The notes beneath the pieces were generated by a model. That model worked only from the letters and a program-made list of their open reading frames with translations, had not been told where the DNA came from and did no database searches. A stretch of DNA of 64,000 nt from Octopus sinensis (lineage: Eukaryota): contig NC_043015.1 of the NCBI RefSeq assembly GCF_006345805.1, forward strand, positions 35,154,001 to 35,218,000, in the 5' to 3' direction. Numbering within the stretch: position 1 is the stretch's first letter; each line of letters opens with the position of its first letter. Below, one piece after another: positions 25,114-36,891 of the stretch. Both the position numbers and the translations under genes were made by a program.

Positions 25114-27110
25114 ATCATCATCATCATCATCATCATCGTTTAGCGTCTGCTTTCCATGCTAGCATGGGTTGGACGGGTCAACTGGGGTCTGTGAAGCTGG
25201 AAGGCTTCGTCAGGCCCAGTCAGATCTGGCAGTGTTTCTACGGCTGGATGCCCTTCCTAACGCCAACCACTCCGCGAGTGTAGTGGGTGTTTTTTACGTG
25301 CCACCTGCACAGGTGCCAGACAGAGCTGGCGAATGGCCACGAATGGATGGTGCTTTTACGTGTCACCGGCACGGGGCCAGGCGATGCTGGCAACGGACAC
25401 GAACGGATGGTGCTTTTACGTGCCACCGACACGGGGCCAGACAGAGCTGGCAAACGGCCACGAACGGATGGTGCTTTTACGTGCCACCGACACAGGGCCA
25501 GACAGAGCTGGCAAACGGCCACGAACGGACGGTGCTTTTACGTGTCACCGGCACGGGGCCAGGCGAGGCTGGCAACGAACACGAACGGATGGTGCTTTTA
25601 CGTGCCACCGACACGGGGCCAGGCAGAGCTGGCAAACGGCCACGAGCGAATGGTGCTTTTACGTATCACCGGCATGGGTGCCAAACAAGGCTGACAGCGG
25701 ACACGAACGGATGGGTCACTTAACCCCTGCTTTCTGATATATTATTTGATTTTGATTGTTCTCACTGGTTTTGCCGGGTCTTCTCACGCACAGCATACTT
25801 CCATAGGTCTCGGTCTCTGGTCATTTCCTTGGTGAGACCTAGAGTTCGAAGGTCGTGCTTCACCACCTCAACCCAGGTTTTCCTGGGTCTACCTCTTCCA
25901 CAGGTCCCCTCAACTGCCAGGGTGTGGCACTTTTTCACACACCTATCTTCATCCATTCTCACCTCATGACCATACCAGCGCAATTGTCTCTCTTGCACAC
26001 AACATCTGATTCCTCTTAGGTCCAACTTTTCTCTCAAGGTACTTACACTCTGTTGACTATGAACACTGACATTACACATCAAACGGAGCATACTAGCTTC
26101 ATTTCTCACGAGCTTACGCATGTCCTCAGCAGTCACGGCCCATGTTTCACTGCAATGTAGCATGGCTGTTCGTACACATGCGTCATACAGTCTGCCTTTT
26201 ACTCTGAGCGAGAGGCCTTTAGTCACCAACAGAGGTAAGAGCTCTCTAAACTTTGCCCAGGCTATTCTTACTCTAGCCGTTACACTTTCAGCACACCCAC
26301 CCCCACTACTGACTTGGTCACCAAGATAACAGAAGCTATCAACTACTTCTAGTTTTTCCCCTTGGAAAGTGACGGAAGTTCTTTTCTGCAGATTTTCAGA
26401 GGTTAATGCTCCCGAGCATCTGCCACATACAAAAACCATCTTCCTAGTTAGCCTTCCTTTGACATTGCTGCACCTCTTATGTGTCCATAGCTTACACTTG
26501 GTGCATCTTATAGAGTTTCTACCTACACCTTTTCTACAGATCGAGCAGGGCCATCTACCTGAAGGCGTTTGTGATTTGTCTACCTTCCTACTTATTAGGA
26601 CTTTGGTTTTAGCTAGGTTGACTCTAAGGCCCTTCGATTCTAAACCATGCTTCCACACCTGAAACTTCTTCTCCAGTTCTGATAATGACTCAGCAATTAG
26701 AGCAAGGTCATCAGCATAGAGGAGCTCCCAGGGGCATCCTGTCTTGAATTCCTCCGTTATTGCCTGGAGGACTATGATAAATAGGAGGAGGCTGAGGACT
26801 GAGCCTTGGTGGACCCCTACCTCTACCCGGAATTCTTCACTGTACTCATTGCCAACCCTCACCTTACTAGCAGCGTCCCTGTACATGGCTTGCAAAGCTC
26901 TCACTAACCATTCATCTATTCCTAGTTTCCTCATTGACCACCATATTAGGGATCGGGGGACCCTGTCGAAGGCTTTCTCCATGTCAACAAAAGCCAGGTA
27001 CAGGGGCTTATCTTTGGCTAGGTATTTCTCCTGCAGCTGCCTTACCAGGAATATAGCATCAGTGGTACTTTTCCCTAGCACGAAACCAAACTGCATCTCA
27101 TCTAAACTAA
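25114..27110 (-). mobile_element. Young 5'-truncated RTE LINE with an intact 444-aa RT/PHD/C-terminal frame and a distinct 3' UTR minisatellite
   Basis: ORF 25762..27096 has no stops (GVHQGSVLS, LLYADDL, C4HC3, RLRWYGH-like, GRPRKTW); 60-61-bp repeats at 25287-25711; shared tail and (CAT)n. Confidence 0.96.
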
Positions 27111-27120
27111 CATATATATA

Positions 27121-29294
27121 TCTCTTATTATAAAAGGCAGATTTTATCTACCTCCCTTTGTATCTTATAGAAATCTACAATATAGGATTTCTTCAATTAC
27201 AATTTACCTAGCATTTTTAAGAGTAGAATGCATCGGGTCGTGCCAGGTCCAGTTTTTAAAATTTCAACCCCAATTAAGCAAAATTTAGAGAAAACTCACA
27301 TCGTGGTGTATAAGTCAAATGCTTTTCTTAGTGTGGGCTACAGGACTCGCCTACACACACACACACACAGAAAGGGAGCGATCTGATTCACTCACGCTAT
27401 CACTCTCATTTCTACGACTTTCTCTTTGCAAGTGTGCAACAATTAAACTGAAAGTATTTCTATAAAACGGATCACTCATGCTATCAACATAATTTCTCCC
27501 ACTTTCTCTTTGCAAGTGTACCTTAAACCACTACTCAAAAAAAACAAAAAACACAGCAAACAGAAACAAATAAATACATAACGATTTACTCCTCACACAA
27601 TTTCTTCAATTAGAGTTTACCTAAGATTTTTCAAAGTACTCCATTCGGTCATGCCATAAAAAAATTTCTTTCAATTTCACCCCCAATTAAGACAAAATTC
27701 GAGAAAACTCAATATTTTAACATTTCACTCCGAAAGCATTGATGTACATGTGTGCGTGCGTGAGTGTGTGTGTGTGTGTGTTTGATGGGTTGTGCGACAC
27801 AGAAAGTGTGGTGTGTAAGTGAAGTGCTTTTGTTAGTGTGTGTAAAGAGACTGAGAGAGTGAAAGACAGAAATAACTGAACTTTTTTTATTCACTTTTTG
27901 TAGTGAGTGACTGAGAGAGAAAAGAGAGAGAGAGGTTATGTATGTATATATGTATGTATGGCTTCAGTGACACACACACACACAAAAACACATATCTACG
28001 TACACCTAAAGCACGCACACACACACACACACAAGCGGAGCGCGAACTTCAAAATTTTGGTAGTATTAATTTGCGAGCGTACTTCTAAGCGCGCGTAATT
28101 GAAAGTTTTCACTATGATATCATCACGTGCGAAAAAATTCGAAGGGTTTTGAACAATTGAGATACAGATGTCACGCCTGTATTGAAACCAGTGCTAAGCT
28201 GCCGTAATTGCTTAATTAAGACTTTGTTTAAATTGAAAGGTGCAAATATGTGACGAGGTTGAAAAAAAATACCCCAGAAAAAAAAATGTACTGCTGGTGT
28301 TTATATAATTCACTAGTATTTTGCTACAATGTCATGAAAAAGAAAAAATTAAGGTATGTACAACATATAGTATACATTTTTTCTATTCATTCAATTCATT
28401 CAACGAAAATAAAAAAATCGAATTCGCCACCCCCTTTTCCCCGTTCGCGTTTGTGTAAAAAAAAATTATTATTTAAGTTTTAAAAATTATATACTTTGTT
28501 CAAAAAATATTAATATTAATTAATTTTCAAGAATTATTTAATTTATATAATTAATTCATTAATTTTATTCTGTAAAATAGTAATTAATTCATTTATCTGT
28601 AAATCCGCGAGGTTGTTACTCAGGCACCTAGAAATAGCAGCCACATTTTTATATTCTAAATAATTTGCAATTTCAAAAAATATATTAATTTTGCGTTATT
28701 TAATTTGATAAATTCTACGGAATAATTTTGCGTGTTATATATGTTCGCGTTTCTGTAAAAAAAAGTAATTATTTAAGGGCGATCGAGTATCGAGTACCTA
28801 CGTCTGGCTCGTGCACACGCGCGAATCCGCGTGTGCGCAACCGGGACCACTCTGTCATACAAGTACCCATATATACATCCATACATACATGTGTGTGTGT
28901 GTGTGTCTATGTATGTGTATTAATGTGTGTGTGTTATCTCTATATAAAGCTAAAGTTGTCTGTGTGCGCCACGTTTGGTAACCTTCAACTAACACTATCT
29001 CCTCCGAGACCCTGCGGCGCAAGTTGACCAAAATTGAGAGTATGATAGAAGAAGGGTTGCTCTTCCTTCCGTAGAACATAAAATTCAAATCGGACCATGT
29101 TAACACCAAAAATTATTTACATCAAAAAGCTGCTTTTTTCTATGAAAATCCCTATTTTTTACGATTTTTTCACTGCTGTGTCGCCACTTTTCGGTGTATT
29201 TTGACCAGAAAAATGTTCACAAAATTTTTACTTTTCAAAATTACAATTCCAGCGGGTCGAAACAAACCCGAGCAACGCCGGGCGATACTGCTAG
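27121..29294 (+). mobile_element. Composite non-autonomous Helitron: family A 5' part (27121-28936) joined to a complete 358-bp family B element (28937-29294)
   Basis: A|TCTCTTATTATAAAAGG start; inner A|TCTCTATATAAAGC start; 3' hairpin cccgagcaacgccggg (29267-29282) and CTAG|T. Confidence 0.75.
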
Positions 29295-29400
29295 TATATA
29301 TATATATATGTATATATATATATACTAGCAGAATTGCCCGGCGTTGCTCGGGGCTGAATTGCTTGAAAGTACTGTTAATGATTGCACTGAATTATGATGA

Positions 29401-29922
29401 TTATTCAGGCAAATATTGATATAAGCTTACGGTGGGAGATAAGGACTTAACGATCAAACGTGTGCCATTGCATTGTTTTGGGGGAACCAAATTTCTGATG
29501 AGCATTATAGGGGCACCAACTTTAAGTTTGAGAAAGTGTGGTGGTAGTCCGGGGTGCTCAAAGGAATTGAGTACCTCTATTGGATAGTTGATGATGTCCT
29601 CTGGGTCAGGAGTTGTATCGATAGACTGATATACATAGACTTCCCCAGGAATGAGTTTTAGCATTTCATCATTAATATGGTGAACAGTTTTATTCCTCGG
29701 GGCCAGTATAGCCTTTTTGCCAATCCAATCCATATTCTGATAATTAGCTTGTAGATCTGGGAACACTGCATCTCTGAGATCAGAAGGCGTCTTAACAATG
29801 GTACAAATGGAATCGATGGCAATATTACCATTTTCATCCCCTGGTATTTTGCCTTCGCCAAGTGCAAGGAGGGTGTGAGGAAATGCTGCTGATGTGATAT
29901 TATGTCGCATATGAGCATGCAT
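29401..29922 (-). pseudogene. Helitron PIF1-like helicase fragment
   Basis: LL.LGEG....AILAPRN..V..IN...L..IPG....Y.SID......YP.E.LNS...PGLPPH.L.LKVGAPIMLIRNL.P..QCNGTRL.V. Confidence 0.92.
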
Positions 29923-30170
29923 ATTGGTGTGAAGTTTGAGAGTTACTTCCCTTTATTTAAAAAATATGCATTAAAATGGAAAAAAATGATGGTAAATTAT
30001 TTGTAAAATCATAGACACATCGTAGACGCGCGCTAATACCCAGAAGGGCTCGATATGAATCACGACTATAAGATACCCGGTTTTGGTTAAACTGCATCGC
30101 AAAATGTGGGAGTAGTTAGGAATCTAAATCGGAGTAGACAGACACACAACCTTTCTTTTATATATAAATA

Positions 30171-30682
30171 TTTTCGTCCTAAAAAACTTTGTATGGATTG
30201 AATGGTTACCTATATGGAAATATATACACGCACATTATACATACATGTGTGTATAGATGAATATATAAATACATTTAAATATCTATATACACTTTTGGGC
30301 GATCTTTCTGTTTCTTAGAGATAACTTTAGATCTTATTTTCGTCCTAAAAAACTTTGTGTGGAGTGAATGGTTACCTATATGGAAATATATACACACACA
30401 TTATACATACATCTGTGTATAGATGAATATATAAATACATTTAAATATCTATATACACTTTTGGGCGATCTTTCTGCTACTTGTATATACTTTAGATCTT
30501 ATATTCGTCCTAAAAAACTTTGTATGGAGTGAAAGGTTACCTCTATGGAAATATATACACACACATTATACATACATCTGTGTATAGATGAATATATAAA
30601 TACATTTAAATATCTATATACACTTTTGGGCGATCTTTCTGCTACTTGGATATAGGTCTTATATTCGTCCCAAAAAACTTTC
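30171..30682. repeat. Internal Helitron minisatellite, 3 full units of 160-166 bp plus a partial
   Basis: cgtcc(t/c)aaaaaactt recurs at 30175, 30341, 30506, 30666. Confidence 0.9.
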
Positions 30683-31062
30683 CTGTCACACACTCACGCA
30701 CACGCACACACACCCTCACACACACACACACACACACGTTAGCTTACAATTTTATTTATATATTTGCGTGTCTATGTGTGTAAAGAGGAAGTGGCAGAGT
30801 GAAAGAGTCACTCACTACAAAAAGTGAATTACTTTCACTTTATTCGTTGCACACTGTGTGTGTGCGTGTGGTGTAGGCCACACTAAGAAAAGCATTTGAC
30901 TCATATGCCACAATGTGAGTTTTCTCTAAATTTTGCTTTCTCTAAATTTTGGCATTCTACTCTTAAAAATGCTAGGTAAATTGTAATTGAAGAAATCCTA
31001 TATTGTAGATTTCTATAAGATACAAAGGGAGGCAGATAAAATCTGCCTTTTATAATAAGAGA

Positions 31063-31066
31063 TATG

Positions 31067-31097
<31 letters not shown>

Positions 31098-31110
31098 GTG
31101 TATATGTATA

Positions 31111-31170
<60 letters not shown>
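31063..31170. repeat. (TA)n / (TATG) microsatellite
   Basis: Direct reading. Confidence 0.95.
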
Positions 31171-31172
<2 letters not shown>

Positions 31173-31574
31173 TTCAGTAAAAATTTAGATTCAGTTGAAT
31201 ATGGTACTTAAGTTAAAGGCAACAGAATTTGGTATGGTATTATCCATATAATTCAAAATAAGCAACAAGGATATCCAAAAGTAATGCAGTACGATTGTTT
31301 CATGCGACTCCATTTAATTAAACAATGCAAGTATTACATCAGTTTTAAAATATGGAGCAATCTTCAGCTGCATAAAAATACAGAATTTAGTTAAATTGAA
31401 AAGATTCATTTTTATACTTATTCCATTTACCAACATCACAAAGAGGGTAAGTCGGTAGACAGAGAAATGCGTTTCATCAACAGAAACATGGTAGCAATTA
31501 AATATATATATATGGTAGATTATCTCAGTCACATCTGCATTTAAACCATCAACAGTTTATGGCTAGCATAGCTA

Positions 31575-31900
31575 GGATTCAGTTTTGTGGCCATTTTCCA
31601 AGCAGCAAGAGTAATGCCTCTGCATGCAATTTTAACCAAACAATGAATGAGAATGGCTGGACACGTACTAAGACTACCAGGGAAGAGGTCTGCCAAAACA
31701 GCCATGGGCTGGATGCTGCTGGAAGGTTAAAGAAAAAGGGGCCGGTCAAGGAAGACATGATGTGGTACCTTCAAAAAGACCTATGCAGACTGGACATCAC
31801 CTGACAAGAAGCATACTGGTTGGCCAGAGACAGAGATAACTGGCAATTGCTAACTGCCCGATGTGCCATCCAAAGGCACCAACGGACCTAAGAAGAAGAT
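31575..31900 (+). mobile_element. 3' end of a different RTE-like LINE family, decayed
   Basis: ..MAGHVLRLPGKRSAKTAM.W....G.R.RGR..KT...F.KDL..LDIT...A..LA.DRDNW..L.ARC..; short (AAG)n end. Confidence 0.65.
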
Positions 31901-32106
31901 AACCGTGATTAGAGATAAGCAGTGCAATATCTTATTTTAATTTAAATTAATTTTCATTAATTATATACCATAATTAATTAATCATAGAATTAATTATGCT
32001 TATCTACTCGATTTTTCAATTCCTGCCGATAGAACACGGATCTCAGAAGATGCCGAGAAATGGAAAATTTTGACTTCGCAACCTCGTTCATGTTCTCCAT
32101 GTTTAA

Positions 32107-32325
32107 CCCTTTAGTATTTAAACCGGCCATATCCGGCCAAAATATTTAATCTGTTTTATGCTCAAACTGACCAGATCCAGGCTCTCACACCTACCCTACA
32201 ATGTTATTCTACATGAAGTAATTACACCATCAAGATCTTGAAGATATGAGAAAATGCATGATTAATTCAAATCAATGTGAATCAATAAGCATTATGTTTG
32301 ATAGAATAATCTGAACACTAAAGGG
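32107..32325. mobile_element. piggyBac-type MITE (219 bp)
   Basis: TTAA|CCCTTTAGTATTTAA ... CTGAACACTAAAGGG|TTAA: TTAA on both sides and CCC-starting TIRs matching at 12/15. Confidence 0.8.
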
Positions 32326-32845
32326 TTAATGCATAGATCGTAACCCTAATACCCCCCCCCCCATTTGTTCTCTATTATTATTTATTATTATTATTATTAT
32401 TATCATTATTATTATTATTATATTATCTATCTATTTCTCTATCATGTAAACATGGTACGGACAGCTTCGTCTTCCTGTTTGTCTTAAGATCATGCAGATC
32501 TGTTAAACCGAAATGTTTCATTCATTCATTCATTCATTTATTTATCCTTCCTAACAAAGGTTATCATTTCGTTCATCCATTCTCTCTAATTTCTCTAACC
32601 ATAGTATACAAGGGCAGAAGACGCGGTACACCCGCCCTCCCACCCTCTCCACACACCAGAAGTCCCTATCCTTAACCGGAAGTCCCTAACCTATGTCTTC
32701 CTCGTTTACCTCCCGCGAACACTTCTAAGGGCCAAATGCCACCCAACCCCTAAGTAGGGTCTATTGATCATATAGCGCATGAAAATGGTGTATTGCCCGT
32801 AGGTTGTAGTCTAGTGTTTCTTATGAATTCTGCCAAAAGCAAGCT

Positions 32846-35800
32846 TTCTTTTCAGGTACATGACACTGCTGTCCCTCATTCCCAGGGTCTCACAGGCCCA
32901 CACCTCCCATGCCCTCAGAGTTGGTACACTCAACGTTGGCACACTGAAAGGTAGGTCTGGTGAGATTGTTGAGATGCTTGAGCGGAGACGTGTAGATTTG
33001 AGCTGCATCCAAGAAGTAAGGTGGAGAGGAGGTTCTGCTAGGTTCCTCACAGGCAAAGAATGCAGGTACAAGATTTTATGGGCAGGGAGCACTGACAGAG
33101 TTGGGGGCGTGGGTATACTTCTTGCGGAGAAATGGGTTGATAAGGTAATCGAAGTAGTCAGAGTATGTGACAGGGTACTTAAGATTAGATTAGTGCTTCA
33201 CCATAGGTCAGCTACCATTATCTCGGCCTATGCCCCTCAGCCGGGGCTACCGGAGAAGCAGAAAGACCAATTCTATGACACCCTATTGCAGACTACCTCG
33301 TCGACGAACAACAGAGACCTTCTTTTTGTGGCTGGTGATTTCAATGGACATGTTGGACAACTTGCAGGGGGCTTCCATGGCATACATGGAGGCTATGGTC
33401 TTGGTGTCCGCAATGAGTAGGGAACCAGACTGCTGGAGTTCTGCGATGCAAATGATCTTATGCTTTGCAATACTAACTTCAGGAAACCCGCCCGTCACCT
33501 AGTCACCTATCGCTCTGGCAGGCACACCAGCCAATTTGACTATATCCTCACCAGAAAAAGGGAAAGAGGGCTGCTTATAAATGCCAAAACCTTCTCAGGT
33601 GAAGAATGTACCCCTCAACATAGATTAGTAGTTAGCGACTTCAGGATCGGGGCTGAATGGATGCCCAGAAGAAGACCAGCCTGGAGGAGAAGGGTCTGGA
33701 AACTTAAAGATCCTACAAATGGGCAGAGATTTAGAAACGTATTACTCGAAGCCCATGATGAAATAGAAGGGGATATAGCATCACATAATGTGGAAGACAA
33801 CTGGAGGTTTCTACAGGACAACCTGCTGAGAGCCACTGACAAGATCTGTGGATGGTGCAAAGTCCCCACTCGACCCAAAGTAACGTAGTGGTGGAACGAC
33901 GTGGTTGACAGGGCTATTAGACAAAAGAAACAGGCTTGGAAGGACTGGAAGAACGGAGGTAGCAGGGAAGTGTGTCAGACTGCCAGAAGGGAAGCAAGGA
34001 GACAGGTCTATTTAGTCAGAGGGGAAGCAGATAAGAAAAAATTTGCCAATGTTCTGCGCCGTGAGAACCAAAGACTTGAGGTATTTCGTGTTGCAAGACG
34101 GTGTGTGAGAGAGAATCGTGATGTGGTAGGAGTGAAATGTGTTTGCATGGATGATGGTTCACTTGCGCTAAATGAGAATGCAAAGAGAGAGGTTTGGAGA
34201 CGCCACTATGAAAGGTTGCTGAATAAAGAAAATGAATGGGATAAAGAGAGTCTGCTGAATGTCAACCCAATAGAGGGACCAGCTATCCGAGTTGAAAGTT
34301 CTTTGGTAGTTAAGGCAATTAGAAGCATGAAGACAGGGAAAGCCCCAGGCCCATCAGGAATTACTGCAGAGATGCTCAAAATATCTGGCAGTGTTGGCTA
34401 TAACCTAGTCACCCGTATAGTTAACCAGGTGATACACGAAGGAGTCATACCCAATGACTGGTGTAGCAGCATAATAGTCAACAGCTACAAAGGTAAAAGA
34501 GACGCCCTAGATACAAATAATTACAGAGGTATCAAGCTGTTGGATCAGGTAATGAAGGTTACGGAGAGGGTCATAGCCCAACTGATTAGGGAGAGAGTCA
34601 ACTTGGACGAGATGCAGTTTGGTTTCATGCCAGGGAAAAGCATCACTGATGCCATATTTCTGGTGAGACAGCGGCAGTAGAAATACCTACCCAAAGATAA
34701 GCCCCTGTACCTGGCTTTCGTTGACTTGAAGAAAGCCTTCGACAGGGTCCCCCCGATCCCTTATCTGGTGGTCAATGAGGAAACTAGGGATAGATGAATG
34801 GTTAGAGAGAGCTGTGCAAGCCATGTACAGGGATGCTGTAAGTAAGGTTAGGGTTGGCAACGTGTACACAGAAGAATTCAAGGTAGAGGTTTGTGTCCAC
34901 CAGGGTTCAGTCCTCAGCCCCCTCCTATTTATCATAGTCCTCCAGGCAATTACGGAGGAATTCAAGGCAGGTTGCCCCTGGGAGCTCCTCTATGCTGACG
35001 ACCTTGCTCTAATTGCTGAGTCGCTATCAGAACTGGAGGAGAAGTTTCAGGTGTGGAAGCAAGGATTAGAATCGAAGGGCCTTAGAGTCAACCTAGCTAA
35101 AACCAAAGTCCTAATAAGTAGTAAGGTAGACAAATCACAAATGCCTTCAGGTAGATGGCCCTGCTCGATCTGTAGAAAAGGCGTAGGTAGAAACTCTATA
35201 AGATGCACCAAGTGTAAGCTATGGACACATAAGAGGCGCAGCAATGTCAAAGGAAGGCTAACTAGGAAGATAGTTTTTGTATGTGGCAGATGCTCAGGAA
35301 CAATAAACACTGAAAATGCTCTGAGACCAACTTCTGTCACTTTCCAGGGGGAAAAACTAGAAGTAGTTGATAGCTTCCCTTACCTAGGTGACCAAGTCAG
35401 TAGTGGGGGTGGGTGCGCTGAAAGTGTAACTGCTAGAGTAAGAATAGCCTTGGCAAAGTTCAGGGAGCTCTTACCTCTGCTGGTGACTAAAGGCCTCTCG
35501 CTCAGAGTAAAAGGCAGACTGTATGACGCATGTGTACAAACAGCCATGCTACATGGCAGTGAAACATGGGCTGTGACTGCTGAGGACAAGCGTAAGCTGA
35601 GGACAAGCCAGTATGCTCTGATGGATGTGTAATGTCAGTGTGCATACTCGACAGAGTGTAAGTACCTTGAGAGAAATGTTGGACCTAAGAAGCATCAGCT
35701 GTGGTGTGCAAGAGAGACGATTGCACTGGTATGGTCATGTGGCGAGAATGGATGAAGATAGGTGTGTGAAAAAGTTGAGGGAACCCGTGGAAAAGGTAGA

Positions 35801-36726
35801 CCCAGGAAAACCTGGGACGAGGTGGTGAAGCACGACCTTCGAACTTTAGGCCTCATCGAGGCAATGACCAGCGACCGAGACCTTTGAAAACATGCTGTGC
35901 GTGAGAAGACCCGGCAGGACAAGTGAGTCCAGCCCACTTATGCATGTCTTTCCTCCCTTGGACACACAAAGACCTGTTGAGGCAAGTGAAGTCGAAATCG
36001 AACCTCATCCGATGACAGGCACCCATGCCAACCCCACTTCATTGGACACTAAACTCTGCTTGCGAAGACCTGTTGGGGCAAGTGAAATCGAAATCGGAAT
36101 CGAAATTGAACCAATCCTATGACTGCAACCCGGCAGTTGCCAGGACCGCTGGACTGACTCCTGTGCAGGTGGCAAGTGAAGAAATACCATTTCGACCCTG
36201 TGCTTGAGGAGATCCATTGAGTCAAGTACTCCGACATCATAATCAATGAAACCTGCAGTTGTGATCCCTGAGCCGGTGGCATGTAAACAGCACCATCTGA
36301 AGGTGGCTGATGCCAGCGCCGCCTAGACTGGCTTCCGTGCCGGTGGTACGTAAAAGGCGCTATCCGAATCGTGGCCGATGCCAGCGTTGCCTCGACTTGC
36401 TTCCGTGCCGGTAGCACGTAAAAAGCACCATCCAAATTGTGGCCGATGCCAGTGCCGCCTCGACTGGCTTCCATGCCGGTGGCACGTAAAATGCACCAAT
36501 CCGATCGTGGCCGTTGCCAGCCTCACCTGACACCTGTGCAGGTGGCACGTAAAAAGCACCCACTACACTCATGGAGTGGTTGGCGTTAGGAAGGGCATCC
36601 ATCTGTAGAAACACTGCCAGATCAGACTGGAGCCTGGTGCAGCCTTCTGGCTTCCCAGATCCCCGGTCAAACCATCCAACCCATACTAGCATGGAGAACG
36701 GACGTTAAACGATGATGATGATGATT
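32846..36726 (+). mobile_element. Near-full-length RTE-clade LINE (APE endonuclease, RT, PHD-like finger, 3' UTR repeats, tail); inactivated; 5' UTR may extend to about 32430
   Basis: One ORF from ATG 32860 (LRVGTLNVG..CIQEVRW..ISAYAPQ..GDFNGH..FDYIL..HRLVVSD) broken by TAG at 33418, 33886 and 34678, a frameshift near 34750 and small deletions near 35600 and 35775; (GAT)n end. Confidence 0.96.
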
Positions 36727-36891
36727 TCTAATGAAACAACTGATTTATTTAATTATGAAATAATCTATGAAATTTATGCTTTACTGTTTTTTATTGTGTG
36801 TGTGTGTGTGTGTGTGTGTGTTTGTGTGTACACATACATACATATTACACATACATAAAGGATATATACATATTTAACATATATGTTGTAC

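Larger units (their letters stand above)
29325..31062 (-). mobile_element. Composite Helitron carrying a helicase fragment: family A 5' part (31062-30171) joined to an inner element (about 30170-29325)
   Basis: 5' end is the reverse complement of 27121; inner 5'-like end tatttatatataaaagaaaggttgtgtgtctgtc; 3' hairpin 29337-29352 and CTAG|T at 29325. Confidence 0.8.

Noticed and set aside
27121-31062. Single 3.9-kb TIR (foldback) DNA transposon
   Set aside because: Both halves have their own Helitron signatures (A|TC start, hairpin-CTAG|T end) and there is no target-site duplication; two convergent Helitrons explain it better.
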